A stretch of DNA of 64,000 nt from Octopus vulgaris. Its lineage: Eukaryota. The first letter of the stretch is position 1. Each line of letters starts with the position of its first letter. Location of the stretch: the NCBI GenBank assembly GCA_951406725.2, contig OX597840.1, positions 17,670,001 to 17,734,000 on the forward strand, written 5' to 3'. Shown here piece by piece: positions 51,599-63,680 of the stretch. The translations under genes were made by a program, and so were the position numbers. The notes below the pieces were generated by a model. It worked only from the letters and a program-made list of their open reading frames with translations. It made no database searches and was not told the DNA's origin.

Positions 51599-52093
51599 AC
51601 AGTGGCCCCTGGAGGAAAAAATTCCTTATAGATCTTGGGTTATCAGCATTATAGTGTGCCTTAAATCGAAGGTTAAGGGATGATATGAAATGGATTAGGA
51701 TTAAGTCCACCATGTATAAAGAGATAAAGACCAATTGACAGGCTTACATACTGTTTCAGTTTTTGTAATTTCTCTAAAACAAGAGAACGTCTAGAAATAG
51801 CAGCCAAATTTTCCTTGAATTACATTTTATTGTCTTCAGTCTTGACAAAGGACAGACACATTCGATAATGTAGTCCTGGATATATTATGTCTTAAAACAA
51901 ATGGTGATGGGTGGAAAGTCCGAGCGAGGTCACTGTGTATATGTATATGCATATCTCTCACTCACTCCATATGTGTGTGTATGTATGTAGGTATATATAT
52001 GTATGTGTGTATCTATACACACATGCACACACACACACACATTTATACATCTATAAACAATGTTTAAATGATACACATATATGTATATAAACA

Positions 52094-52146
<53 letters not shown>

Positions 52147-52384
52147 GTGTGTGTATGTATGAACAATATATATATATATAAACTGAGTGTTTTATATATA
52201 TTATCAATATATCATACATTATAAATATATATACACACCAACACAGAGAGAGAGGCACTCATGTTTTGCTCAGCTGATCGTCTGGTTGATTGTTCTCATT
52301 TGGGAAATGAAAAGAATTGGCTTCTAATCACTGAACAATTTAAATGGCACTCAGAACATTTTCAAATAAATGGTCACATGGCCT

Positions 52385-52394
52385 CTGACGTCAG
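52385..52394. promoter_or_regulatory. Full palindromic CRE (cTGACGTCAg)
   Basis: Exact CREB/ATF consensus inside a unique island about 120 nt upstream of the candidate exon. Confidence 0.4.
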
Positions 52395-52516
52395 TTGTCA
52401 TTTACAATCTGCTGGGAGAGTCTATCATTAAAAGTTCACGAGATGGAATTTAGATATTGGCTGATGTTTTGCAGATTGAAATTAGGGCACTTGTGCATTT
52501 GTTTCTTGACTTCCAG

Positions 52517-52575
52517 ATATATTTAGAAAATGCAGCAGTGGTCTTTAGGCGTTGGTAACGGAATCAGTGACTGAG
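52517..52575 (+). other. Candidate 59-nt non-coding exon
   Basis: tttgtttcttgacttccag acceptor and GAG|GTGAGT donor; stops in all three frames. Confidence 0.4.
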
Positions 52576-52929
52576 GTGAGTGTTCTGTGAGTTGCAGAAA
52601 TCTTAGGTCACTTGTTTAAAAATGGTAGACACTACTACAGTGGAATCATTTGTTAAGGTTATCTCTTTGTGGTATATTATGGTTGTGAAGGCGTGTGGTT
52701 TAGTGGTTAGGGTATTCAGTTCACAATCGCAAGGCTTTGAGTTCAATTCCTGCTGACACATTGTGTCCTTGAGCAAGACACTTTATTTCACATTGCTCCG
52801 GTTCACTCGGCCAACAAAAATGGGTTGTACCTGTATATCAAGTGGCTAGCCTTCCCACACTCTTTGTCATACTGAATCTCCCTGAGAAGTACCTTGTGTC
52901 TGTGGAGTACTCAGCCACATGCACGTTAA

Positions 52930-54125
52930 TTACATTCCTCCACACCTGCTTGCATTCCTCCACACCTCCTTACACTCCTCCACACCTCCATGCATTCCAC
53001 CACACTTCTTCCATTCCTCCACACATTGCATTCCTCCACACCTTGCATTCCAACACACATTGCATTCCTCCACACCCTGCATTCCTCCACACCTCCTTGC
53101 ATTCCTCCACACCTTGCATTCCTTCATGCCTCCTTGCATTCCTCCACACCTTGCATTCCTCCACACCTTGCATTCTTCCACACCTTACATTCCTCCACAT
53201 CCTGCATTCCTCCACACCTCCTTGCATTCCTCCATGCCTCCTAGCATTCCTCCACACCTCCTTGCATTCATCCACACCTTGCATTACTCCACATCTTGCA
53301 TTCCAACACACCTCCTTACATTCCGCAACACCGCCTTGCATTCCTCCATACCACCTTACATTCCTCCACACCTTGCATTTCTCCACACTTCCTTGCATTC
53401 CTCCATACCTTGCATTCCTCCACACCTCCTTGCATTCATCCACACCTCCTTGCATTCATCCACACCTTGCATTACTCCACATCTTGCATTTCTCCACACC
53501 TCCTTACATTCCTCCATATCTTGCATTCATCCACACCTTGTATTCCTCCTACCTTGCATTACTCCACACCGTCTTACATTCCTCCACACCTTGCATTCCT
53601 CTACACCTTGAATTCCTCCACACTTCCTTACATTCCTCCACCCCTCCTTGCATTCCTCCACACCTTGCATTCCTCCACACTCTGCATTCCTCCATACCTT
53701 GCATTCCTCCACACCTTGCATTCATCCACACCTTGCATTCCTCTACACCTTGAATTCCTCCACACCTCCTTACATTCCTCCACCCCTCCTTGCATTCCTC
53801 CACACCTTGCATTCCTCTACACCTTGAATTCCTCCACACCTCCTTACATTCCTCCACCCCTCGTTACATTTCTCTACACCTTGAATTCCTCCCCACCTCC
53901 TTACATTCCTCCACCCCTCCTTACATTCCTCCACCCCTCCTTGCATTCCTCTACACCTTGAATTCCTCCCCACCTCCTTACATTCCTTCACCCCTCGTTA
54001 CATTCTTCCACCCCTCCTTGCATTCCTCTACACCTTGAATTCCTCCACACCTCCTTACATTCCTCCACCCCTCCTTGCATTCCTCCACACCTTGCATTCT
54101 TCCACATCTTGCATTCCTCCTCACC
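52930..54125. repeat. About 1.2-kb minisatellite of 19-22-nt units (CACCT[CCT]TGCATTCCTCCA)
   Basis: Directly visible tandem array; very G-poor on the plus strand. Confidence 0.95.
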
Positions 54126-54711
54126 TTCTCTCTTACCCTCTTTTACCATCCTCTTCCCAAAGCTTCTCTGCCTGGGAACCTTTATTTGCATCCATACCAC
54201 CCTCCCACCATTGCTGTTGGAACCTTCCAACCTCCCCTTCTCTTTCACTACCCCTGTATATGGGTTACCCTTAACTGCTCTCTATCCCTCCCTCTATACT
54301 CCCTCCACAGCTGCCCTGCCTAGGATACTTGCTCTTCATTCACACCATCCTTTTCACATCTGTGACACCTTCCATCTTCTTTTTCTTTTTCTCTCCTTCA
54401 CCACTTCTGTGATACCCTCCAACCCCCACTCTCACTTCTTATTCTTCTTTCAGTTGCTCAGGCCCCATTTAGGGTCTCCAGTTCTGCAAGTTGCAAAGCA
54501 GCCTCACTGGTGCTGGTGCCACCAAAATAGCTCACAGTACACTCTTGAAAGTGGTTGGACCAATCCATGACTACATGAATAGCAGATGTAAAATAATAAT
54601 GATGATGGTGATGATATCTAAGTGTGTGTGTGTGTGTGTATGTGTATCTATCTATCTGTCTGTCTGTTTGGCTATTATTTTATCTATATTAGTTTTTTCC
54701 TTATATCATGA

Positions 54712-55116
54712 GTAACTGCAGACATAAAGAGGAATGCAGATTTAACAACAACTGCATGATAAAGAATGTAGTTTACAAATGTGAGGTGAAGACAGATACA
54801 CAGAAATATGTGTAGATTGGTGGCACTGGAGACACCGTGAAAAATTGTCTGTGAGACCAATCTCTTCATTTTCTAATATAAATAAAAGACACTCCACATC
54901 TCTATCGAACCTCGAGTGAAACGTACAACCAACTGGTCCATTATAAAAAATGCTGCACCATACAACAAAACATCATGTATATGCAACTTATGCCTAGAAG
55001 AAACCCTGAAAATAATCACATCTAAGGACAACGTGATGAATAGGCACTCTGAGATGATCATATCATGTAAACATAGGAAGAAAACATCATTGATGGAGTT
55101 TGAAAAAATATTTTGA
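54712..55116 (+). mobile_element. Decayed Penelope-like (Neptune-type) GIY-YIG endonuclease region
   Basis: CRHKEECRFNNNCMIKNVVYKC...IG...STSLS...WSIIKNAAPYNKTSCICNLCLEE...NRHSEMIISCKHRKK, with stops and frameshifts. Confidence 0.75.
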
Positions 55117-56273
55117 AACGAAATAATAGATTATAGAACAGAGAAGAAACCCAAACGAATAAATAAACCAATCAATATTTGAGATGTTATACACTATACC
55201 AACAGAAACAATGAAGAGTAAAGCCCCTTGTGGGCAGTAAAAAGTAAGAAACAATGAAGAGGTCACTGTAAGAAAGTAGCAGTTCTCAATTCAGTCAACA
55301 ACCTCACTGTAAAAGCAGCAGTACCTGACCATTTGTTGAGTTCAGAATTTATAGAAGATAGTCATGCCTTAAATGAAATCAAACAAAAGAATGTACTACC
55401 CATCCTTAGTGGAGGCACATGGCCTAGTGGTTAGAGCAGTGGACTCACAGTTGATGGATCGCAGGTTCAACTCTCAGACCGGGTGACGTGTGTGTTTATG
55501 AGTGAAACACCTAAGTTCCATGCGGCTCCGGCAGAAGGTAATGGCGAACTTCTGCTGACTCTTTTGCCACAACTTTCTCTCACTCTTTCCTCTTGCATCT
55601 TGCAGCTCACCTGCAACGGACTGGCGTCCCATCCAGGTGGGGAACCTATACGCCAAGGAAACCGGAAAACTGGCCCTTATGAGCCAGGCATGGCTCAAGA
55701 AGGAACAAACCCTTCCTTAACATCTGCTGAATGAATTGCAAAATAAATCCAACACCACCAAACACACCTCCATCCTCATATCACTACCATTCCTCCCTCT
55801 ATTCCCATTACCTTCCCCTCCTCCCAACCAAATACACCCAGAAATACCCACATAACTCGCTTAACCGTTATACTGGTAAAAAAAGAAAAGCATCTCTTTG
55901 TGGTTCATCAATTAATGTTATATCACCTGAAGAAATGAATCGATGACGATTGATCAGATACCTAAGGATACTATGGACTACACTGTAATCATCCCAGGCA
56001 CATGGACTCTGATCTTAAGAGACATGGGATTTGTGGAAACATGCGTAAACATCTAATGTCGCGAAGCATTAAATGTTTATAAATTCCATCCTAGGATTAT
56101 TGTTATTATTATTATATTTATCCAACACTTTATCGTTACAACTCAATGCAACCCCAAAAAACTGGTTCATCAGGGAACATCATTAGACTGTGGCCAGAAT
56201 ACTGGAATAAGAGCTGTATTTTCATATTCAAAACAACGTTTCCCATTAACAAATTTAAAATATATATACATAT

Positions 56274-56361
<88 letters not shown>

Positions 56362-56934
56362 GTATATATATGTGTGTGTGTGTATATATATATGTGTGTA
56401 TATATATATGTATATATATATGTGTGTGTATGTATATATATATATATATATATACAACAGGCTTCTTTCAGTTTCTTATTTCTTTACTTCAAACAAGGGG
56501 CTACACACAGAGGGGACAAACAAGGACAGACAAAGGGATTAAGTCGATTATATCGACCTCAGTGCATAACTGGTACTTATTTAATCAACCCCGAAAGGAT
56601 GAAAGGCGAAGTCGACCTCGGCAGAATTTGAACTCAGTACATAGCAGCAGATGAAATACCACTAAGCATTTCGCCCAGCATGCAAATGTTTCTGCCAGCT
56701 TGCCACCTTGGCTTCTTTCGGTTTCTGTCGACTAAATTCACTCACAAGGCTTTAGTTGGCTCAAGGCCATAGTAGAAGACACTTGTCCAATGTGCCATGC
56801 TGTGGGACTGAACCCAGAACCATGTAGTAGGGAAGCAATCTTCTTACCACACAGCCACACCTGTGCTTATGTATGTATGTATAGACGTGTGTGTGTGTGT
56901 GTGTGTGCTTTTATTAAAGCTGCAAAATCTTCAC

Positions 56935-56977
56935 AAACTGTTACTCAGAGTTTCACATTCCAGTCGTTGGACAGTTT
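56935..56977 (-). ncRNA. Degenerate hammerhead (AAACTGT-CCAACGA...GAAA-CTCTGAG-TA-ACAGTTT)
   Basis: Perfect 7-bp stem I and short stem III; core and stem II mutated. Confidence 0.5.
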
Positions 56978-57555
56978 TAATCAAACTGAATTAAAATTGA
57001 GATGGCACATGTAATCATCATTATCGTTTAATGTCCACTTTCCATGCTAGCATGGATTGGACGATTTTACTGAGGACTGACGAACCAGATGGCTGCACCA
57101 GGCTCCAATCTGATCTGGCAGAGTTTCTACAGCTGGATGCCCTTCCTAACGCCAACCACTCCGTGAGTATAGTGGGTGCTTTCACGTGCCACCAGCACGA
57201 GGGCCAGTCAGGCGGCACTGGCAATGGCCATACTCAAATGGTGGTGGTGGTGGTGGTGGTGGGTGGCTGGTGTTAGGAAGGGCATCTAGCCGTAAAAGCC
57301 CTGCCAAAATAGACACAGTAGCCTGGTATAATCTTCTATCTGGCTGGGACTCCATCAAATTGTACAACCTATGCCAACATAGAAGGCTGACATTAAATGA
57401 TGATGATGATGGTAGATAGGTAGGTAGGTAGGAAGATAGATATTGGGATTTCATAGATAGATAGATAACTATATATGTATATAATTTGCCTTAGTTTCAA
57501 AATGGACAACTGCACATATATATCCAGTTAGCCCATTTGGATGCTAAAGCAACAA

Positions 57556-57605
<50 letters not shown>

Positions 57606-57623
57606 TCACACACATACACATAC

Positions 57624-57654
<31 letters not shown>

Positions 57655-57905
57655 GGTGGTGCCCCAGCATGGCCACAGCTTCTGAGCTGAAACTAGATGA
57701 AATAAATAATGAAATGAAATAAATATATATATATATATAGACATGCACACACATACATGCACACACATACATGCACACACACACACAAACACACACACAC
57801 ACACACACAGAGGAAGAAAGCTTGCAAGAAAGAAAGACCGATATTTATGCAAATGTACAAACATACATAGTTCCAAGACACTACGTGACTCTACGCAAAC
57901 CTGAT

Positions 57906-57953
<48 letters not shown>

Positions 57954-58199
57954 CCATCACACTGCTTCTCTGACAATACAAACACAAAACCTAGCTTGCA
58001 TGTGACTGTCATCTGTTACATCACCGCACCCCACCACCACCACCACCACCACCACACACATACACACAGAAGCATACTTACACTAACACCCACACATAAA
58101 TGTGTCACTATGTGTGTGTGTGTGTGTTAAGGTCGGATGAGGATATGACTGTACATTATTGTTATAATAATAATAATTATTATTATTATTATTAGTATT

Positions 58200-58560
58200 A
58201 CTTAAAACGTCACACAGAATCCAATATCGTGCTGTTGTTGATTGAAGACATTGTGTCTACCGACAGATTTGTACCGTCTGTCAAGTCACAGTACCTCAGA
58301 CAGCTGGTACTTTGTGTGTGCTGTTCCAGGTAAAGCTGATTTCTGCAATACACCTAGATTGTAGGTTATTTCTAAAGTGTCCACCTGTTTCTTCAGGTTG
58401 GGTGGTATTGAACCCAATACTCTGTTGCCAACAGGAACAACCTTTATGTTTGACTCTTGTAGCTGCCACATCTTGGTCATCTTAATTCTCAGGTCACCAT
58501 TTATCTATAAATTTTTTCTCTTTCTTTCATGATAATATGTTGATCTCCTAGTGCTATATG
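58200..58560 (-). mobile_element. R4/Dong-like LINE 3' end next to (TAA)n
   Basis: DLRIKMTKMW...VVPV...LGSIP...LQKSALPGTAH restriction-like endonuclease C-terminus; TAA repeat at 58165-58200. Confidence 0.7.
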
Positions 58561-58604
58561 AACATTTAATTGGTTTTAAAGTCAAGTTTTGTCTGCTATT
58601 TCCA

Positions 58605-59251
58605 GCGTGGTGGTATCATCTTTGGTGTTACAAGGAGTTTTGTTGGTCTCTCACCTCACACCACACATAATAATCAATGGGTTGCAGTCTGGGGGGTTAG
58701 GTGGCCAGATGTTAGGGGTGAAGTGATTGCAGAAATTGTCTGACAGCCATGACTGGGTTCTCCTGCTTGTGTAGCATGGTGCAGAGTCCTGTTACCAGAT
58801 ACAGGGTCTTCTTGCAGCCAACCTCTTGACCCAGGGCAGCACTACCTCCTCCAGGCACTTGATGTAGGCCTCTATGTTGAGTCTGAGGCTGTGTTGGAAG
58901 ATGAATGGAGGCATAACATTGCAATTACTAGTGAACATTCCAAACACTATAATGTCAACTGGATATTTCGTTTTTATCACACTCAGTACATATCCTCAGA
59001 TTTCACTGTCCTCAGATTGACACCCAAACACCCTGAAATGTTCATATTGGAGCTTCTGGCCAGAATACCAAGCAGTACAGTATGTTTCTTCCAAATTTCA
59101 GGCAGAGTGAATTGCACCATAGTGGTGTTTTTCTCACAGACAGTGCCCACCTGACCCTACTATACAGTGTAGATGACAAAATCAAAGACAAACAATTTGC
59201 ATGTGTGAAATTAAAAATATAAAATGGTGACAATTTACCCATTGCACCCTG
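58605..59251 (-). mobile_element. Second copy of the DD37D element
   Basis: Homologous to 29410-30030; TIR ends GCACCCTG-TA. Confidence 0.85.
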
Positions 59252-59279
59252 TATATGTATATATTTATGTATATATATA

Positions 59280-59740
59280 TATGAGAGTTCACGAAAAAAA
59301 CAAAAGATGAAGACAGGTGGTGTACAAAACAAACAGATGTATTAGTATAATGCTCAGGAATTGAAAAGTCTTTTATGTTTCGAGCCTACGCTCTTCTACA
59401 GAAAGGTACACAGAAAAATAATAGTTTTACGTAAAGTTCAAAGGTTTTTTGACGTTGTGGTGTATTGCAAGGATTTCTCATCAAGAATAGAGTCCACAGT
59501 GATCCGTAGGTAGGAGGGGTGCAGCTGGAGGGTAAATGTCCCCATAAAGGGTAGATAGAGAGTCCAGTGGAGAAGTTCGTGTGTGGTAAGAAATGACAGG
59601 ATCAACTGGTGTGACCATGTGAGTGTGTGATATATATGAGAGTTTATGAAAAAAAACAAAAGACGAAGACAGGTGGTGTACAAAACATACAGATGTATTA
59701 GTATAGCACTCAGGAATGGAAAAAGTCTTTTACGTTTCAA
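59280..59740 (-). mobile_element. Penelope-like fragment with direct terminal repeats and a hammerhead-like motif at 59370-59405
   Basis: 59280-59380 is repeated at about 59636-59738; CTTT-CTGTAGAA-GAGC gtag GCTC-GAAAC-ATA-AAAG. Confidence 0.5.
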
Positions 59741-60152
59741 TATATATATATATATGTATGCACGTACATATATTTGTGTGTGTTCATGTACCTGTAACTT
59801 AAAGGTTCAGCAAAAGGGAATGACAGAATAGGTACCAGGCTTGAAAAAAGTAGATACTGGGGTTGATTCATTTGCCTAAAAATTCTTCAAGAAGGTGCCC
59901 CAGCATGGCCACCACCTGGTGACTGAAACAAATAAAAGATGCATATGTGTGTGTGTGTGTGTGTGTGCATATGTGTGTGTATGTGTGTGGGTGTATGTGT
60001 GTGTGTGCATGTGTGTGTGTAAAAGAACAAAGTCTGCTAAATATATTAAGTACTACTATTTTTGTCCCATTAGTATCACTAACACATGTAGGTATATGTG
60101 TGTGTGTGTGTGTATCGGTACACACACACACATATATGTGCTGACGCATACT

Positions 60153-60194
<42 letters not shown>

Positions 60195-60213
60195 AACTAT
60201 ATATATATATAGG

Positions 60214-60249
<36 letters not shown>

Positions 60250-60591
60250 GTGTTTATGTATTCGTGCACAGTTTCAACATCCATTGTTCCTCAGACAGAA
60301 GGCTGGGTGCCATTGAGATCAAATGTTTGAAATTGTAGAAGCCATATTCATTGTGTTTGGCCTTTTGCCAGCCAAACTGGGATGGTGGAATATTTTGGAT
60401 TTTTTACACACACACATATACATACGGGCATGTGGTAAGAAGCTTGCTTGTTAACTACATGATCCTGGGTTCAGTTCCACTGTGTGGCGGCACCTTAGGT
60501 GAGTATTTTCTACTATAACCTCAGGCCGACCAAAGCCTTGAGAGTGGATTTGGTAGATGGAAACTGTAAGAAGCCCATTGTGTGTGTATAT

Positions 60592-60651
<60 letters not shown>

Positions 60652-60999
60652 ATGTACACACACACACACACACACATAAATATAAATACGTATGTATATA
60701 TGTGTGTATGTGTGTGTGTGTGTGCGTGCGTGTTTGTGTGTGTGTGTGTATGCATATATCTAACTGTGTGTATCTTTGTGTCTGTGTTTGTCCTTCCATC
60801 ACCGCTTGACAACTGGTGTTGGTGTGTATATATCCATGCAACCTAGCAGTTCAGCAAAAGCGACTGATACAATAAATACTAGGCTTAAGAAATAAGTCCT
60901 GGAATCAATTTGTTTGACTAAAACCCTTCAAGGTGGTGCTTCAGCATGGCCACAGTCAGCTGACTGAAACAAATAAAAGTGCTGTTTTTCTTACAGACA

Positions 61000-61913
61000 G
61001 TACCCAAAGGAATGGTTTAGCCCCGGTAAACAAGCGACAGCATACGTGAAACAAGATTTTCATCCGCGTAAAAGGATGTTGAGCGTATGGTGGGACTGGG
61101 AAGGGATTATCCATTTCTACCTCTTTCAATGTCTTTCCAGTTCTATGCGCGGAGTTTCATTTAATACTGATGAAGAATTGAGAGCTTGGTTGGATCAATT
61201 TTACGAGTCGAAATTGGGTGATTTCTACCAATGAGGTACTTGTTTACCGGGGCTAAGCCATTCCTTAAAATGCTTCATATTGATGTACAGGCACCATTTT
61301 TTGTCGCGATTAACAATTCGGTAAAGAAATCATTGCTTGTGTCCATTAGTTGAGCGGTGACGAGCAAGCAGACCTGCGTGGATTGTGGCTCGTTGATTTT
61401 TGTTGTTGTCACTTAAAGCATGCGTAACCCATGCTCCATACTTCTGAACCTTTCTCATTGAGTGAAGATGCTTTGCTATAGTAGTGTGGGAGCATTCCAT
61501 TTTCTCTGCCGGTTTCCTTGTTATTTGACAAGAATTTTCGTGCAAAAGTTGGTTTAATCGCTCTCCATCGAACTCAACTGGATTTTTTAGGTCAAAATTT
61601 CCATTTTTGAACTTGGCATACCAATCACAAGTGGTTCTTTCAGCTATGGCACTCTCTCCATACACAGCACAAATGTCGCGAGCAGCTTTTGTGGCCTTAG
61701 AACCTTGATTAAAAGCAAAAAGAAGGCGGTGTCAAAAATGCTCATTATTTTAACTTGACATTCCATTTTAATGATCTGAAAATAAACAAAAATTAACTAA
61801 AATTAACTAGAAAAAAAAACAAAATAGATTCCAAAATGATTCAAAAATAGAATTCTCGAAAAAACTAGATTCCAAAATTTTTAAAAATGGCAGGAACTTA
61901 GTTACCAACCTAA
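61000..61913 (-). mobile_element. Mariner transposon with inverted 3' part
   Basis: TIR TTAGGTTGG at 61913; HTH and WVTHAL motif on minus (61330-61665); KRMLSVWWD and C-terminal segment on plus (61000-61237). Confidence 0.85.
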
Positions 61914-61948
61914 TATATAGGTAGATAGATAAATGGATAGATAGAGAA

Positions 61949-62017
<69 letters not shown>

Positions 62018-62247
62018 CAGGCAGATAGACAGACAGACAGGCAGACAGAGAGACAGACAGATAGATAGATATATAGATACAGCTATATATATATGTATAT
62101 ATGTATATCTATATATATATTAATAAAAGGAATTCCAACCTTGTCTGATTTTCACGTTTTATTTACAATCTTATAATGATATAATATAAGATAATATAAT
62201 ATAATAAAGTAAAATAAAATAGTAGAATGTTAAATGTTCATTCTGAT

Positions 62248-62292
62248 TGAACTAGTACTTTCATGCATTACATTCTGCAATCTTCGGGTTCA
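62248..62292 (-). ncRNA. Mirror hammerhead copy (core CCGAAGA)
   Basis: Inverted copy of 62370-62414 with U4->C. Confidence 0.6.
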
Positions 62293-62369
62293 TGTAGTAG
62301 TGGTGACAGTCATGCTTCACAATTTCTGAATGTCAAAAATTGTGAAGCATGACTGTCAACACTACTACA

Positions 62370-62414
62370 TGAACCTGAAGATTGCAGAATTTAATGCATG
62401 AAAGTACTAGTTCA
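62370..62414 (+). ncRNA. Minimal type-I hammerhead ribozyme with intact core
   Basis: TGAAC-CTGAAGA-tTGCA gaatttaa TGCAt-GAAA-GTAC-TA-GTTCA: 5-bp stem I, 4-bp stem II, minimal stem III with palindromic GTAC. Confidence 0.75.
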
Positions 62415-62576
62415 ATCAGAATGAACATTTAACATTCTACTATTTTATTTTACTTTATTATATTATATTATCTTATATTATATCATTATAAGATTGTAAA
62501 TAAAACGTGAAAATCAGACAAGGTTGGAATTCCTTTTATTAATATATTCTTCTATACACAATCACCCCCCCCCCCC

Positions 62577-62668
<92 letters not shown>

Positions 62669-63067
62669 AGGCGCAATGGCCTTATGGTTAGGGCAGCGGA
62701 CTCGCGGTTGTAGGATCGTGGTTTCGATTCCCAGACCGGGCGTTGTGAGTGTTTATTGAGCGAAAACACCTAAAAGCTCCACGAGGCTCTGGCAGGGGGT
62801 GGTGATCCCTCCTGTACTCTTTCACCACTCTTTCTCCCACTCTTTCTTTCTGTTGGCCTGCTCGCTTAGCCAGCGGGGTGGCCTCATTCGAAGGCTAAAA
62901 CAATGCGAATGCATTGTGACCAGCGATGTGTAACTACATCTGATGGACTGTCGGTCACGAAAAAGAAAAAAAAAATATATATGTATATATATATATGTGT
63001 ATATCTATACACATATATTTCATTAATGAGAGAGACAGAAGATGGAAGACACGAGAATCTTTATTGG

Positions 63068-63171
63068 TCACTACAATTGTTTCGACACATTTAGCATCGA
63101 CCCCTCAGAAGTGGGATACTGAACACCTGGTTTAGATGTATCCCTCAGTGTAGATGTGTCTCCTCTGGTGA
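63068..63171 (-). ncRNA. Degenerate minimal hammerhead with long stem II
   Basis: TCAC-CAGAGGA-GACACAT...ATGTGTC-GAAA-C-AATT-G-TA-GTGA; core has U4->A. Confidence 0.6.
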
Positions 63172-63259
63172 TTCCAAGAGGCACCTCCTTAAAATAAACT
63201 CTGTTTTGCAAGATTTCTTCTTGGTCTTCATAGATATATAAATGGCAAATTCTAGGCAT

Positions 63260-63430
63260 AGGAGTGGCTGTGTGGTAAATAGCTTGCTTATGAACCACAT
63301 GGTTCTGGGTTCAGTCCAACTGCGTGGCACCTTGGGCAAGTGTCTTCAACTATAGCCTTGGGCTGACTAAAGCCTTGTGAGTGGATTTTGTAGACAGAAA
63401 CTGAAAGAAGCCCGTCGTATATATGTATAC

Positions 63431-63474
<44 letters not shown>

Positions 63475-63680
63475 TTGTGTGTCTGTGTTTGTCCCCCCCA
63501 ACATCGCTTCACAACCGATGCTGGTGTGTTTACGTCCCCGTAACTTAGCAGTTCGGCAAAATAGACTGATAGAATAAGTACTAGGCTTACAAAGAATAAG
63601 TCCTGGGGTCGATTTGCTCAACTAAAGGCGGTGCTCCAGCATGGCCACAGTCAAATGACTGAAACAAGTGAAAGAGTATA
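63260..63680 (+). mobile_element. Abundant SINE with internal (TA)n(TG)n (copies at about 12665-13040, 14310-14690, 22460-22810, 48984-49390, 49937-50340, 60430-60980 and more)
   Basis: tRNA-like head GTGGCTGTGTGGTAA...GGTTCAGTCC; conserved 3' end CAGCATGGCCACAGTCAAATGACTGAAACAAGT. Confidence 0.9.

Larger units (their letters stand above)
62115..62547. mobile_element. 433-bp near-perfect palindrome, Penelope-like inverted element
   Basis: Two arms of about 210 bp differing at only a few positions, short loop near 62331, flanked by TA-rich microsatellites. Confidence 0.85.

Noticed and set aside
52842-54570. His/Pro/Leu-rich ORFs up to 303 aa
   Set aside because: Translations of the minisatellite, open in several frames on both strands
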